This document shows, in pieces, positions 37,917-47,808 of a stretch of DNA of 64,000 nucleotides. The first letter of the stretch is position 1, and the number at the start of each line of letters is the position of its first letter. The translations under genes and the position numbers were made by a program. Origin of the DNA: Candidatus Microgenomates bacterium (GTDB lineage Bacteria > Patescibacteriota > Microgenomatia > Daviesbacterales > UBA10151); assembly GCA_016182045.1 (NCBI GenBank), contig JACOYE010000011.1, positions 39-64,038 of the forward strand. Reading direction: 5' to 3'. The notes below the pieces were generated by a model. That model was not told the DNA's origin. It ran no database searches and worked only from the letters and a program-made list of their open reading frames with translations.

Positions 37917-39143
37917 GTGAGACATTTAGTTTGGATATTTAATGAACAAGTTCTTTCCTCTGGAAATAAAATTCTTTCCCAAGTGTTTAAACACAAATAT
38001 ATACTGTCTGCTTTATTTGGGGGATTAATTATCCTACTTGCTTTCAATTTCCGGCAAATCTTTGATCAGAATCTGCAGATTACCATTTTACAAAGTAATG
38101 AAACAAGACTGAAAAATGAATTATTAGCAGTTGGCAAACAATTGGAGGATTTAAAAAATGAGGATCAGGTAAAAATAAATCAGGATCTAAAAAAAGAAAT
38201 AGATAATATCCAAAAAACATACAATTCTGCTGTAACTGTTTATGAAAAACTGGTGGATTTTAATGGAGACAAGAAAAAGAAATCAGAGTTTGAGAAAAAT
38301 TTTGCTAAATCTTTAAAGCTTTTGGCTGATAAAAACTATACTGAGGCAGGAAAAATATTATCAGAAGTGTCATCTGGGATAGATACTGAAAATCAAAAGG
38401 TTATCGCTTCTTTTAAAATTCCTGAAAATGTTACCCAATCTAATACTCCTCCTGACTCAGGTTTTTCCAGACAAAAAGTGTCAATTGATATCGGTGATTA
38501 TTTAGTGGATGTAGTTTCGGCTGATTTAAATTCTACTAAAGTGATTGTGGATACGGCCTCAGATTCCGACTGCAAAGATAACTGTCCCACTTTACCCTTA
38601 GCCACGTATGTTTCCAGAAATGGAGCCTTTGCCGGAATTAATGGTTCATACTTTTGTCCGGCAGAGTATCCATCTTGTGCTGGTAAAACAAACTCTTTTG
38701 ACACACTTTTGATGAATAAAAATAAAACTTACTTTAATTCTGATAATAACGTTTATTCCACTGTTCCTGCTGTGATTTTTTCGGGTAACTCTGTTAGATT
38801 TGTAGGTCAATCCCTTGAGTGGGGTAGGGACAGTGGGGTAGATGCAGTTTTAGCAAATCAGCCGCTACTGGTTTCAGGGTCAAATGTGGTTTTTGGGGGG
38901 AATTCTGATCCTAAACAAGGTTTGAAAGGATCAAGAAGTTTTGTGGGAAATAAAGACTCAACAGTTTATATAGGGGTTGTACATAATGCCACTGTTGCAG
39001 AAGTTGCCAGAGTATTACAAAAAATGGGAATGCATAATGCGCTAAATTTAGATTCAGGAGGATCAACAGCTTTGTGGTCTGGAGGGTACAAAGTGGGACC
39101 AGGACGTAACATCCCCAATGCGCTTCTATTTATCAGAAAATAA
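37917..39143 (+). CDS. Phosphodiester glycosidase family protein (NAGPA/DUF2233-like), secreted
   Basis: TM anchor plus coiled coil, then GINGSYFCP...NALNLDSGGSTALW. Confidence 0.65.
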   Translation: MRHLVWIFNEQVLSSGNKILSQVFKHKYILSALFGGLIILLAFNFRQIFDQNLQITILQSNETRLKNELLAVGKQLEDLKNEDQVKINQDLKKEIDNIQKTYNSAVTVYEKLVDFNGDKKKKSEFEKNFAKSLKLLADKNYTEAGKILSEVSSGIDTENQKVIASFKIPENVTQSNTPPDSGFSRQKVSIDIGDYLVDVVSADLNSTKVIVDTASDSDCKDNCPTLPLATYVSRNGAFAGINGSYFCPAEYPSCAGKTNSFDTLLMNKNKTYFNSDNNVYSTVPAVIFSGNSVRFVGQSLEWGRDSGVDAVLANQPLLVSGSNVVFGGNSDPKQGLKGSRSFVGNKDSTVYIGVVHNATVAEVARVLQKMGMHNALNLDSGGSTALWSGGYKVGPGRNIPNALLFIRK

Positions 39144-39232
39144 GCCACTTGATTAAATTTTTTATTTGTGCTTACACTAAACTAGTATCTAGATTCTAGC
39201 AACTAGTCTCTAGTATGAAAGGGGGTGATTAA

Positions 39233-39442
39233 ATGAAAGCTTTACATATGGTGGCCTTCACCCTTTTGGTGGTAGGTGGTTTAAACTGGGGCCTTTGGGC
39301 ACTGTTTAATTTTAACTTGGTTAATACCATAGTAGGTAGCTGGCCCACACTTGAAAAATTAGTTTATATTTTGGTGGGAGTATCAGCAGTATATATTGGT
39401 GCAACTCATATGCAAGATTGCAAGATCTGCAGCGCCAAATAG
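39233..39442 (+). CDS. DUF378 family small membrane protein
   Basis: LLVVGGLNWGLWALFNFNLV....LVGVSAVY. Confidence 0.65.
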   Translation: MKALHMVAFTLLVVGGLNWGLWALFNFNLVNTIVGSWPTLEKLVYILVGVSAVYIGATHMQDCKICSAK

Positions 39443-39480
39443 CGGTAATTATTTCCTAAATATTTTTAGGAATATATTAA

Positions 39481-39510
39481 ATCTCGCTCCTCTTTGGGGC
39501 GAGATTTTTT
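39481..39510 (+). terminator. Rho-independent terminator after the DUF378 gene
   Basis: atctcgc-tcctctttggg-gcgagat followed by tttttt. Confidence 0.7.
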
Positions 39511-39524
39511 GATACAATGCTTTC

Positions 39525-40499
39525 ATGAAAATTGTTAAGCCGCCTAAGTTAAATAAAGGAGATACTATTGGGATTGTGGCCTCATCTTTGCCGGTTTTAC
39601 CCTCATTTAGAGAAAACTATGAAAGAGGTAAGAAGGTGATTTATGATTTAGGATTTAAGATTTATGAAGGGGAAACAATTGGTAAGACTCGCTGGTGGAT
39701 GGCTGGTACACCAAAAGAAGTAGCTGACGATATTAATGCCATGTTTGCTAATAAAGATATTAGAGCCATCATGGCTCAAACTGGTGGATATTCAGCAATT
39801 TCTGTTTTAGAACATTTAGACTATGAACTAATAAGAAATAACCCAAAACCCTTCATAGGAATGTCTGATATGACTGCTTATCATTTGGCAATATTTTCAA
39901 AAACAGGCATGGTAGGATTTCATATGGATGATGTGACGTTTGGATTTGGTAGAGTTCCAAAAGAAGGGAAGGAAGACTGGGTAGAAATGGATAAGCAGTT
40001 TTTCTTAAAGTTTCTAACAAAAAATGAAGCCCCTGGAATCATAAAGCCAATTTCTGAGTGGGAAGAGTGGAAAAAAGGCAAAGCAGAGGGACATTTAATT
40101 GGAGGTATATTAGAATACCATCGGATTTTATCCGGTACAGAATATTTTCCAGAAGCGGGAGCTTTTGATGAAGCTGTATTTTTTTGGGAAGAAGTAGGAG
40201 TAACTTTGCATCATATAGCCACAACTTTATATAAGTTAAAATATATGGGAATTTTAGATAAAATTTCTGGAATGCTTATTGGTAAAATCAAATATATGAA
40301 GCCACCAAGAGAGGAAGAAATAAAAGAGCCAACAGCAAAAGAGATGGTTTTAGATATCTTAAAAGAATATGATTTTCCCATTATGGCCAATTTGGATTTT
40401 GGTCACTTTACAGTTAATATTCCTATGCCCATAGGTATAAAAGTTTCCTTTGATACCTCTAAAAAAGAGCTAAACTTCCTAGAATCAGCTGTAATTTAA
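39525..40499 (+). CDS. LD-carboxypeptidase (peptidase S66 family)
   Basis: IGIVASS..., GMSDMTAYH nucleophile motif, and C-terminal Glu/His region. Confidence 0.75.
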   Translation: MKIVKPPKLNKGDTIGIVASSLPVLPSFRENYERGKKVIYDLGFKIYEGETIGKTRWWMAGTPKEVADDINAMFANKDIRAIMAQTGGYSAISVLEHLDYELIRNNPKPFIGMSDMTAYHLAIFSKTGMVGFHMDDVTFGFGRVPKEGKEDWVEMDKQFFLKFLTKNEAPGIIKPISEWEEWKKGKAEGHLIGGILEYHRILSGTEYFPEAGAFDEAVFFWEEVGVTLHHIATTLYKLKYMGILDKISGMLIGKIKYMKPPREEEIKEPTAKEMVLDILKEYDFPIMANLDFGHFTVNIPMPIGIKVSFDTSKKELNFLESAVI

Positions 40500-41239
40500 C
40501 CTCTAATCACTTGGCAGTTGGGACATCTTAGGGAACCTGCCTCATAAATTTTGGCTTTTTGCAAGGATTGTTTAAAGGTCAATTTAGCGCCTTCCTTGAT
40601 TGCATATTGGCTATGACTGTTATCATGGGTTAATGTTCCATGGCCACGAATCAATTTGAATGTTATTTCTTCATCATCTTTAAAGATAATGGGCTCAATT
40701 TTTTGGGTAGTGTTATTAAAAGCCAGCCCAAAATCATCCTGGAAAGTTTGTCCTGTGATACTTTTAAAATAGCCTGTGGAGCCAAAAGGAGTTGCTAAAA
40801 CTACCCCATCTCCAATAAGTATAGATCCTTCGACTCCTCCGACGTGACGTCGGAGTCGCTCAGGATGACTGGGAACAGTCACCTGAAACCTGATAGCATG
40901 GACAGCCTCTTTATTTCTGATGACAAAATCATTTAATGCTAAAATAGTTTGATTTTCTACTTTAGTTTCCAATTTGGCATATTCTTTAACTTGTAATTTA
41001 TTTTGAGAAAGAGTTTTTAGTAGAACTTCTTCTTTATGCTCTGGACATTTTTTGTAAATTAAACTGTTTCTTATGGGAAGTTTGGGTATTCCTGGATAGT
41101 GTCTTTCTGAGGACAAAAGAGTACCATCACCTCCATAACTTATTACCACCTCAGGGTTAGAGGTGACTACCTCAAAGCCCAAGCTTTTTACCAAGGGCTC
41201 TATATTTTTTGAATACTTGCCATGTAATAATACTTTCAT
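40496..41239 (-). CDS. nadK: NAD kinase
   Basis: GGDGTLLS, NDFVIRN and ATPFGSTGY motifs. It contains an in-frame GC-rich palindrome (encodes RLRRHVGGVEGS). Confidence 0.85.
   Translation of the reverse strand: MKVLLHGKYSKNIEPLVKSLGFEVVTSNPEVVISYGGDGTLLSSERHYPGIPKLPIRNSLIYKKCPEHKEEVLLKTLSQNKLQVKEYAKLETKVENQTILALNDFVIRNKEAVHAIRFQVTVPSHPERLRRHVGGVEGSILIGDGVVLATPFGSTGYFKSITGQTFQDDFGLAFNNTTQKIEPIIFKDDEEITFKLIRGHGTLTHDNSHSQYAIKEGAKLTFKQSLQKAKIYEAGSLRCPNCQVIRG
40825..40868. repeat. GC-rich palindromic element, family 2, in-frame in nadK
   Basis: gatccttcgactcctccgacgtgacgtcggagtcgctcaggatgac. Nested palindromes: cgactcc/ggagtcg and the 17-bp perfect palindrome tccgacgtgacgtcgga. Confidence 0.6.
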
Positions 41240-41406
41240 CTCAGGCTATCATACTACAATCTATAGTTGCTTGGAAAAGTAACAGTTTAAGGCAGTACCG
41301 CGGTAAAGACCTGGCAGTATAAATTTTAAATAAATTTTAAAGAACATATTCCAAACATTGAACGATCGTACAATGTATGGCAACAATTTAGGTCGAAAAT
41401 CAGACC

Positions 41407-41435
41407 TTGACAAACATTAGCACTCGTGGTATCTT
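41407..41435 (+). promoter_or_regulatory. Candidate sigma70-like promoter of the hrcA-grpE-dnaK operon (TTGACA-17nt-TATCTT)
   Basis: Read directly. It overlaps a CIRCE-like element. Confidence 0.4.
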
Positions 41436-41443
41436 ACTGCTAG
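41417..41443. promoter_or_regulatory. Degenerate CIRCE-like element (TTAGCACTC-N9-TACTGCTAG)
   Basis: The left half is a perfect CIRCE half site. The right half matches 6/9 of GAGTGCTAA. Confidence 0.4.
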
Positions 41444-41474
41444 TCCTCCGACTCCCTGCAGTCGCTCAGGATTG
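41443..41474. repeat. GC-rich palindromic element, family 2, in the hrcA leader
   Basis: gtcctccgactccctgcagtcgctcaggattg. Confidence 0.55.
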
Positions 41475-41478
41475 TAAT

Positions 41479-42225
41479 ATGACAGAATTATCTGACAGAC
41501 AAAAAGCACTTTTAAAAGCAATTGTGGAAGAGTATATAGAGTCAGCAGATCCGGTGGGTTCGGAGGTGATTGAGAGAAAGTATGATCTGGGGGTGTCCCC
41601 TGCCACTATCAGGATTGAGATGGGGAAATTAACTGAGATGGGATATCTTAGACAGATTCATACATCAGCCGGAAGAACTCCTACCTCTATGGGAATGCGG
41701 GTTTATATAAATGAGCTGATGAAGGAAAAACAGCTGCCTGTTACAGCTGAGGTTTCTATTAAAGAAAAGCTTATGTCAAATAGAGCTAAGGAAGAAAGGC
41801 TTTTGAAGGAAGCTGTTACAGCTTTGGCCAGTCGCCTTGACATGTTAGGTCTTGTCAGGGATGACAATGGACAGGTTTATTATGCCGGAGCTGCCAATAT
41901 TTTGGACTGGCCGGAGTTTTATGATATTGATGTTGCCAGATTTGTGCTGTCTTTGTTTGATGAAAACCCGATGTTGTCTGAGATTATAGGTAAGGCAGTT
42001 GGACCGGATCCAATACATATCCTTTTTGGTGAAGAGTTAGGGTATGAGGATTTGCTACCAACCGGATTTGTTTTTACCAGATATGAGTTTGTACCTGTAA
42101 ATCCTGGGGTTGCCGGGAAAGGTGGAGTAATTGGAGTGATTGGTCCTGCCAGGATGAATTTTGCTCTGGTTTTACCATATGTTAAATATGTCAGGAATTT
42201 GGTTTGTGAAGCTATGAGAGTGTGA
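41479..42225 (+). CDS. hrcA: Heat-inducible transcription repressor HrcA (short form). Start at ATG MTELSDRQKALL.
   Basis: The N-terminal wHTH LSDRQKALLKAIVEEYIESADPVGSEV and its position upstream of grpE-dnaK identify HrcA. Confidence 0.85.
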   Translation: MTELSDRQKALLKAIVEEYIESADPVGSEVIERKYDLGVSPATIRIEMGKLTEMGYLRQIHTSAGRTPTSMGMRVYINELMKEKQLPVTAEVSIKEKLMSNRAKEERLLKEAVTALASRLDMLGLVRDDNGQVYYAGAANILDWPEFYDIDVARFVLSLFDENPMLSEIIGKAVGPDPIHILFGEELGYEDLLPTGFVFTRYEFVPVNPGVAGKGGVIGVIGPARMNFALVLPYVKYVRNLVCEAMRV

Positions 42226-42260
42226 TGGGGTTAAATGGAGTGAGCGGATAATCCGAAGGA

Positions 42261-42297
42261 GATCCCTCGACTCGCTTCGCTCGCTCGGGATGACAAA
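42261..42297. repeat. GC-rich palindromic element, family 2 variant, intergenic hrcA-grpE
   Basis: gatccctcgactcgcttcgctcgctcgggatgacaaa. Confidence 0.55.
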
Positions 42298-42326
42298 ATG
42301 CGTTAGGAAATTGTACGCATTTTGTC
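42292..42326. promoter_or_regulatory. Perfect 11-bp inverted repeat gacaaaatgcg-N13-cgcattttgtc, 14 nt upstream of the grpE ATG
   Basis: Read directly. No U-tract follows, so it is not a canonical terminator. Confidence 0.5.
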
Positions 42327-42339
42327 AAATCGGCTTAAT

Positions 42340-42891
42340 ATGGCTAAGAAAGAAAACAAGGTTGAACAATTAGAGCAAAGAGTGGTTGAGCTGGAGAATC
42401 AGCTAAAAAGAGCAGTGGCTGATTATCATAATTTGGAGAAAAGAGTCAGTGAGGGAAGGTCTGAGTTAACAAATTATGTTGGAGCAGAGCTTTTAAGAAG
42501 GTTGATTCCTACTTTGGATCATTTGGAACAGGCTTTAGCTGGAGCAAGCGAGACAGATAAGCAGTCTGGATGGTTTAAGGGTATAGAGCTGGCTGTTAAA
42601 GAGTTTAAATATGTTTTACAATCTGAAGGGTTGGATGAAATTGCAGCAGACGGTCAATTTGATCCGGCCCTTCATGAGGCAGTTGACGTGAGGGTAATGC
42701 CGCCTTCGCTTGACAGCTCCGGCGAGCCAAAGGATAATATTATTTTGGAGGTAGTCAGGAAAGGTTACAGCTTAAATGGAAAAGTTTTAAGGCCGGCAGC
42801 AGTTGTAGTCGGCAGAAAGGATATAAATGAGCGGGGCGGACAATCTGAAATAGATCCTTCGCTAATCGCTCAGGATGACAAACAAATTTAA
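42340..42891 (+). CDS. grpE: Nucleotide exchange factor GrpE (start at ATG MAKKEN)
   Basis: Coiled-coil N-terminus. ...DHLEQAL..., ...FDPALHEAV... and the C-terminal beta domain. Confidence 0.9.
   Translation: MAKKENKVEQLEQRVVELENQLKRAVADYHNLEKRVSEGRSELTNYVGAELLRRLIPTLDHLEQALAGASETDKQSGWFKGIELAVKEFKYVLQSEGLDEIAADGQFDPALHEAVDVRVMPPSLDSSGEPKDNIILEVVRKGYSLNGKVLRPAAVVVGRKDINERGGQSEIDPSLIAQDDKQI
42853..42882. repeat. GC-rich element, family 2-like, forming the 3-prime end of grpE (encodes EIDPSLIAQDDKQI)
   Basis: gatccttcgctaatcgctcaggatgacaaa. Confidence 0.5.
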
Positions 42892-42924
42892 AAAATTGTA
42901 ATTTGTTTGTCAAATAGCAAATAT

Positions 42925-44847
42925 ATGGCTAAGATTGTAGGAATTGATTTAGGAACAACTAATAGCGCAGTGGCGGTGATGGAGGGCGGGAAGCCCAAGG
43001 TTATACATTCAGCTGAGGGGGAAAATATTATCCCTTCTGTGGTTAATCCTCTGAAAAATATTGTAGGAAGGGTTGCTAAACGTCAGGCTGTGGTTAATCC
43101 CAAAGAGACCATTTTTTCCATTAAAAGATTAATGGGTAGGAAATTTAAAGACCCAGAGGTTCAACGTGATATCAAGTGGCTTCCCTATACCATCAAAGAA
43201 GGTAAAAACGGCATGGCTGTTGTTGAAGTAGAAGGCCATGAATATACTCCTCAGGAAATTTCTGCCCAGATTTTACAAAAAATTAAAGCTGATGCTGAAT
43301 CTTATTTAGGTGAAAAAGTGACAGATGCTGTGATTACTGTCCCAGCTTATTTTGATGATGCTCAAAGGCAAGCCACCAAACAAGCAGGAGAGATTGCCGG
43401 ATTAAATGTCCAAAGAATTATTAATGAACCAACTGCGGCAGCTTTAGCCTATGGTTTGGAAAAAAGCCATGCTCACACCATTGCTGTTTATGATCTTGGG
43501 GGAGGCACTTTTGATATCTCTGTTTTAGAACTGGGTGAGGGAGTATTTGAGGTCAAATCCACCAACGGTGATACACACTTGGGCGGAGATGATTTTGATC
43601 AAGTTGTTTTAGATCATCTGGCAGAAGAGTTTAAAAAAGAACAGGGTGTGGATTTAAAAAATGACAGGCAAGCCCTGCAAAGACTGCGAGACGCTGCGGA
43701 AAAAGCTAAGATTGAGTTATCTTCCACCCAAGAGGCTTCAGTTTCTATTCCATTTGTGACTGCTGACTCAAGCGGCCCCAAGCATTTGGAGATGAAATTA
43801 TCCAGGGCCAAGCTTGAAGCTATGGTCAAATCTTTAATTGATAAAACTTTTGAGGCTGTGAAAGCTGCTTTAAAAGATGCCAAGATAGAGGCCAAAGATA
43901 TTGAGGAGGTAATTTTGGTTGGTGGCATGACCAGAATGCCTGCAGTGCAAAAGTCGGTCCAAGATTTTTTTGGCAAAGAACCACACAAGGGTATTAATCC
44001 TGATGAGGTGGTGGCAGTGGGGGCTGCTATTCAGGGAGGAGTTTTAGGTGGAGAGGTTAAGGATGTACTTTTGCTCGATGTGACGCCCTTAACTTTGGGA
44101 ATTGAGACATTAGGTGGAGTACGAACACCTTTGATACCCAGAAACACTACTATTCCTTCTTCTAAATCAGAAATATTCTCAACAGCTGCAGATAATCAAA
44201 CATCTGTGGAAATAAATGTGCTGCAAGGTGAGCGAGAGATGGCAGCTGACAATAAATCTCTGGGCAGATTTATTTTAGATGGTATTCCACCAGCACCCCG
44301 TGGAGTTCCTCAAGTTGAGGTCACTTTTGATATTGATGCCAATGGCATTTTAAATGTTTCTGCCAAGGATAAAGCCACTTCAAAAGAGCAAAAAATAACT
44401 ATTACCGGTTCAACAGGTCTTTCCAAAGATGAAGTGGAGAAAATGACCAAAGAAGCAGAGGCTCATGCTGAGGAGGATAAAAAGAGAAAAGAAGAAATTG
44501 AGATTAAAAATCAAGCAGATACTTTAGTTTATACAGCAGAAAGAAGCTTAAAAGATGCCGGGGATAAAGTTTCAGCTGAGGTAAGAACTGATGTTGAGCA
44601 AAAATTAAATGACTTAAAAGGGGTGATTCAAACTGCTTCTGCCGAAGATTTAAAACCCAAAATGGATGCATTATCTGAGGCTTTACAGAAAGTAGGAGCT
44701 GCCATGTACCAACAGCCGGGGGGAGAAGGTCAACCAGCCGGAGAACAACCACAAGCAGGTGAAGCTGAAGAGCCCTCTTCCGCCAAGGCTTCGGAGGGTG
44801 AAACAGTTGAAGGTGAAGTGGTGGAGGAAGAGAAAAAGGAAGAATAA
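42925..44847 (+). CDS. dnaK: Chaperone DnaK (Hsp70)
   Basis: [18 protein letters not shown] and the full Hsp70 architecture with an acidic EEVD-like tail. Confidence 0.97.
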   Translation: MAKIVGIDLGTTNSAVAVMEGGKPKVIHSAEGENIIPSVVNPLKNIVGRVAKRQAVVNPKETIFSIKRLMGRKFKDPEVQRDIKWLPYTIKEGKNGMAVVEVEGHEYTPQEISAQILQKIKADAESYLGEKVTDAVITVPAYFDDAQRQATKQAGEIAGLNVQRIINEPTAAALAYGLEKSHAHTIAVYDLGGGTFDISVLELGEGVFEVKSTNGDTHLGGDDFDQVVLDHLAEEFKKEQGVDLKNDRQALQRLRDAAEKAKIELSSTQEASVSIPFVTADSSGPKHLEMKLSRAKLEAMVKSLIDKTFEAVKAALKDAKIEAKDIEEVILVGGMTRMPAVQKSVQDFFGKEPHKGINPDEVVAVGAAIQGGVLGGEVKDVLLLDVTPLTLGIETLGGVRTPLIPRNTTIPSSKSEIFSTAADNQTSVEINVLQGEREMAADNKSLGRFILDGIPPAPRGVPQVEVTFDIDANGILNVSAKDKATSKEQKITITGSTGLSKDEVEKMTKEAEAHAEEDKKRKEEIEIKNQADTLVYTAERSLKDAGDKVSAEVRTDVEQKLNDLKGVIQTASAEDLKPKMDALSEALQKVGAAMYQQPGGEGQPAGEQPQAGEAEEPSSAKASEGETVEGEVVEEEKKEE

Positions 44848-44984
44848 TCCCCCTTGCCAACTGGAAAAGTTGTTTTAACCTCATTTTCATTATTTTTATT
44901 TATCCCACGGCCGTAGTAAAAGTGTATTTTTAATGGTGGAATTATGATTGGAAGTTAGATGTTGGAAACTGGAAGCTGGAAATT

Positions 44985-45527
44985 ATGAAAGGTGCTATGC
45001 TTAAGGATATGATTGGATTTCGGTTGAGGTTAAAGGGTAAAGCTGCTGTGTTTGTAGATTGGGCTAATGTTTATGGTTGGAAAAAATCTTTAAAAGAGGA
45101 AGTTAATCCTAGAAAACTCTATAAGTATTTAAAATCTTATAAAGAGATAAAAGATATTAGTTTGTATCATGGTACTGATCAAAATGAACACTCCAGAAAA
45201 TTCCTAAGAATTGCTAGAAATATTGGTTATAAAGTTATCACCAAACCTGTTAAATATGTTTTAGTTGCCGAAGTTGCAGGACAGAAAATCCGTCGAAGGA
45301 AATGTGACTTTGATATAGAAATCTCCCTGGATTGCTTTGAAAATTTAGATAAATATGATAGCTTCATTTTCCTTTCTGGAGACGGTGATTTCGCCACCCT
45401 TTATAAAAGATTAATTAATCAGAAGAAACAGGTAATTGTTATTTACGCACCTGGGCATATTGGTAGAGAGATTTGGGAAATAAAAAAAGGCTTATTTAAG
45501 GTTAGTATTGAAAATATGGGTTTTTAA
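44985..45527 (+). CDS. NYN/LabA-like (PIN-related) domain protein inserted between dnaK and dnaJ
   Basis: VFVDWANVYGW...CDFDIEISLD...FIFLSGDGDFATLYKRL..KQVIVI matches NYN/DUF88. Confidence 0.65.
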   Translation: MKGAMLKDMIGFRLRLKGKAAVFVDWANVYGWKKSLKEEVNPRKLYKYLKSYKEIKDISLYHGTDQNEHSRKFLRIARNIGYKVITKPVKYVLVAEVAGQKIRRRKCDFDIEISLDCFENLDKYDSFIFLSGDGDFATLYKRLINQKKQVIVIYAPGHIGREIWEIKKGLFKVSIENMGF

Positions 45528-45530
45528 AAA

Positions 45531-45565
45531 TCGTCCCCCGATTACTCGGGGGCGTGATTGTTTTT
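45531..45565 (+). terminator. Candidate Rho-independent terminator after the NYN gene
   Basis: cgtcccccg-attact-cgggggcg stem-loop followed by tgattgtttttattt. Confidence 0.5.
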
Positions 45566-45622
45566 ATTTAATCACAAGCTGGCACTTTTGTCAAGAGAGC
45601 GCTATAATACACAAATAAAAAT

Positions 45623-46600
45623 ATGACAAAGCGTGATTATTATGAAATTTTAGGCGTTAATAAATCCGCATCTGCTGATGAAATAAAATCAGCTTACAGG
45701 AAACTGGCTAGAAAACATCACCCTGATGTAGATAAATCTGCCGGGGCTGCAGAAAGATTTAAAGAAGTGGGTGAGGCTTATCAAGTTTTATCTGATCCTC
45801 AGAAAAAAGGAGCTTATGATCAGTTTGGCCATTCCGCCTTCGCCCCTGGAGGGGGCTTTGGCGGACAAGGCTGGCCAGGTGGTGGACCATTCGGTGGCCA
45901 AGGGGGTTGGAAAACATATAGTTGGTCCTCGGGTGGTGAAAACCCAAATATCCAGTTTGATTTTGGAGGGTTTGAGGATCCATTTGAGCTGTTTGAACAA
46001 ATTTTTGGTAGTGCCGGATTTGGCGGTTTCACCAGAAGAAGACCAACTTATCAGATGGAGCTAAGTTTTGACGAATCCATACATGGGGTGACCAAAGATA
46101 TTGAGGTGGAATCAAGAAATCAACAAGGAACATTAGTTAGGAAAAGAATGAGAATTAAAGTTCCACCGGGAGTGGATAATGGGACTAAGATGAGATTTGG
46201 TCCGTCAGCTGACGGATTGGATATTGTTTTTAGAATTTCTCGTCATCCCCAATTTTTAAGAGAAGGAGCAGATATTTTTTCGGAAATAACCATCAATATT
46301 CCCCAGTTAGTCTTGGGAGATGTGTTTGAAGTGGAAACTGTGGGAGGGAAAGTAAAAGTTAAGGTGCCGCCAGGCACCCAACCTGGTTCTTTGGTTAAAC
46401 TAAAAGGCAAAGGCGCTCCCAAATTAGGTGGCCACGGCCCGCTTCGCCCGCGAAGCGAGGCGAGCCACGGTGATCATTATGTCAGGGTTAACCTAGAAAT
46501 CCCCAAAAATCCTTCTAAGCAAGAGAAACAACTATATGAGGAGTTATATAATTTATCTTTCCCGCCTGGCGGGGCAAGCAAGAAAAAAGGCTGGTTTTAA
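45623..46600 (+). CDS. dnaJ: DnaJ-family co-chaperone without zinc-finger domain (class B-like)
   Basis: J domain [11 protein letters not shown], Gly/Phe-rich linker, C-terminal substrate-binding domains. No CxxCxGxG repeats. It contains an in-frame GC-rich element ([14 protein letters not shown]). Confidence 0.9.
   Translation: MTKRDYYEILGVNKSASADEIKSAYRKLARKHHPDVDKSAGAAERFKEVGEAYQVLSDPQKKGAYDQFGHSAFAPGGGFGGQGWPGGGPFGGQGGWKTYSWSSGGENPNIQFDFGGFEDPFELFEQIFGSAGFGGFTRRRPTYQMELSFDESIHGVTKDIEVESRNQQGTLVRKRMRIKVPPGVDNGTKMRFGPSADGLDIVFRISRHPQFLREGADIFSEITINIPQLVLGDVFEVETVGGKVKVKVPPGTQPGSLVKLKGKGAPKLGGHGPLRPRSEASHGDHYVRVNLEIPKNPSKQEKQLYEELYNLSFPPGGASKKKGWF
46431..46471. repeat. GC-rich palindromic element, family 1 (reverse orientation), in-frame in dnaJ
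   Basis: gccacggcccgcttcgcccgcgaagcgaggcgagccacgg. Its reverse complement ggctcgcctcgcttcgcgggcgaagcggg nearly equals the copy in pnp at 60549. Confidence 0.55.
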
Positions 46601-46614
46601 GATATCATAATTTT

Positions 46615-46977
46615 ATGAAATATGCTGGATTTTGGAGGAGGTTTGCTGGGGCTTTTATAGATGGGCTGATTGTGGGTGTAATTCCCGGTATGCTTTTGAA
46701 AGATGGCACAGGTAATATCTTAAGTTTTCTATTGGGTTTGGCTTATTCTATTTGGATGCTGTCAACTTATAGTGCTACGGTGGGCATGATGATTTTAAAA
46801 ATAAAAATTTTGAAGGAAAACGGTGGTAAAGTGACCTACCAGGATGCCATACTTAGGTATTTTGCCAGTATTTTATCTGCCATTGCCCTATTTTTAGGAT
46901 ACCTTTGGATGATTTGGGATCCCAAGAAACAAACTTGGCATGACAAATTGGCCAAAACTGTGGTAGTAAAAACCTAA
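46615..46977 (+). CDS. RDD family membrane protein
   Basis: GFWRRFAGAFIDGLIV...WHDKLAKTVVV. Confidence 0.65.
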   Translation: MKYAGFWRRFAGAFIDGLIVGVIPGMLLKDGTGNILSFLLGLAYSIWMLSTYSATVGMMILKIKILKENGGKVTYQDAILRYFASILSAIALFLGYLWMIWDPKKQTWHDKLAKTVVVKT

Positions 46978-47757
46978 TTATTTTAGAAGTTTTTTAAGTC
47001 CTGATAGGACTTCTGTGGGGAGGGTGAAGATGACAGTATTGCCGGCTTTGGTGGTGGTGGATTCTATGGTCTGTAGAGTTCTTAAGGAGATAGCCCCAGA
47101 TGAGGCCATATTCTGCATGGCTTTTTTCAGATTTTCTGATGCAGATAGTTCTCCCTGAGCCCTGATAATGGCTGCCCTTCTTTCCCTTTCAGCCTGTGCC
47201 TGTTTGGCCATAACAAGTTTCATATCAGCTGGGAGTTCAATATCCTGCATCTTAATGGCAGTGACATTAGCTCCCCATTCGGCGGTTTCCTTATCAACCA
47301 AAGTTTTAATCTGCTCGGCGATTTTCTCCCTTTCTGTTAAAAGCGCATCCAGCTCTATGCCACCAATCACATCTCTTAAGGCTGTTTGAGCATATTGAGT
47401 AACAGCATAGTAATAATCCTGGATTTTTAAGACCGCATCATCCGGTTTTTCAACCTGGAAATAAACCACAGCATTAATTCCCACCGGAACATTATCTTTG
47501 GTGATGACCTCCTGTTTGGGAATGTCGGCGGTGGTTATTCTAAGATCAACTCTGATCAGTCTTTGGATAAGGGGAATGACAATCTTTAAACCAGGGCTTA
47601 GAATTCCGCTAAATGTTCCTAAAGTTAACACTACCCCTCTTTCATATTGATCAATAATCTTTATGCCAGACAGAATGATAAGAAGTAAGAATACTAAAAT
47701 TGGCCAAAAGATCCAGTCCATTATTGGGAATATATCACCTACAAACCCATATTGCAA
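46978..47757 (-). CDS. SPFH/band 7 (stomatin-like) family protein
   Basis: TM anchor plus a conserved SPFH domain and EA-rich coiled coil. Confidence 0.85.
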   Translation of the reverse strand: MQYGFVGDIFPIMDWIFWPILVFLLLIILSGIKIIDQYERGVVLTLGTFSGILSPGLKIVIPLIQRLIRVDLRITTADIPKQEVITKDNVPVGINAVVYFQVEKPDDAVLKIQDYYYAVTQYAQTALRDVIGGIELDALLTEREKIAEQIKTLVDKETAEWGANVTAIKMQDIELPADMKLVMAKQAQAERERRAAIIRAQGELSASENLKKAMQNMASSGAISLRTLQTIESTTTKAGNTVIFTLPTEVLSGLKKLLK

Positions 47758-47808
47758 TTTTTTTAAAAGAATGTTATTTTAATTCAATTATTCTGTCCCC
47801 AAAAATAA

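Noticed and set aside
45759-46064. Several short ORFs in alternative frames inside dnaJ (45759-45983, 45771-46064, 45788-46000, 45820-46032)
   Set aside because: All lie within the Gly/Phe-rich linker region of dnaJ, where repetitive GGN codons give open alternative frames. They are artefacts of low-complexity coding.
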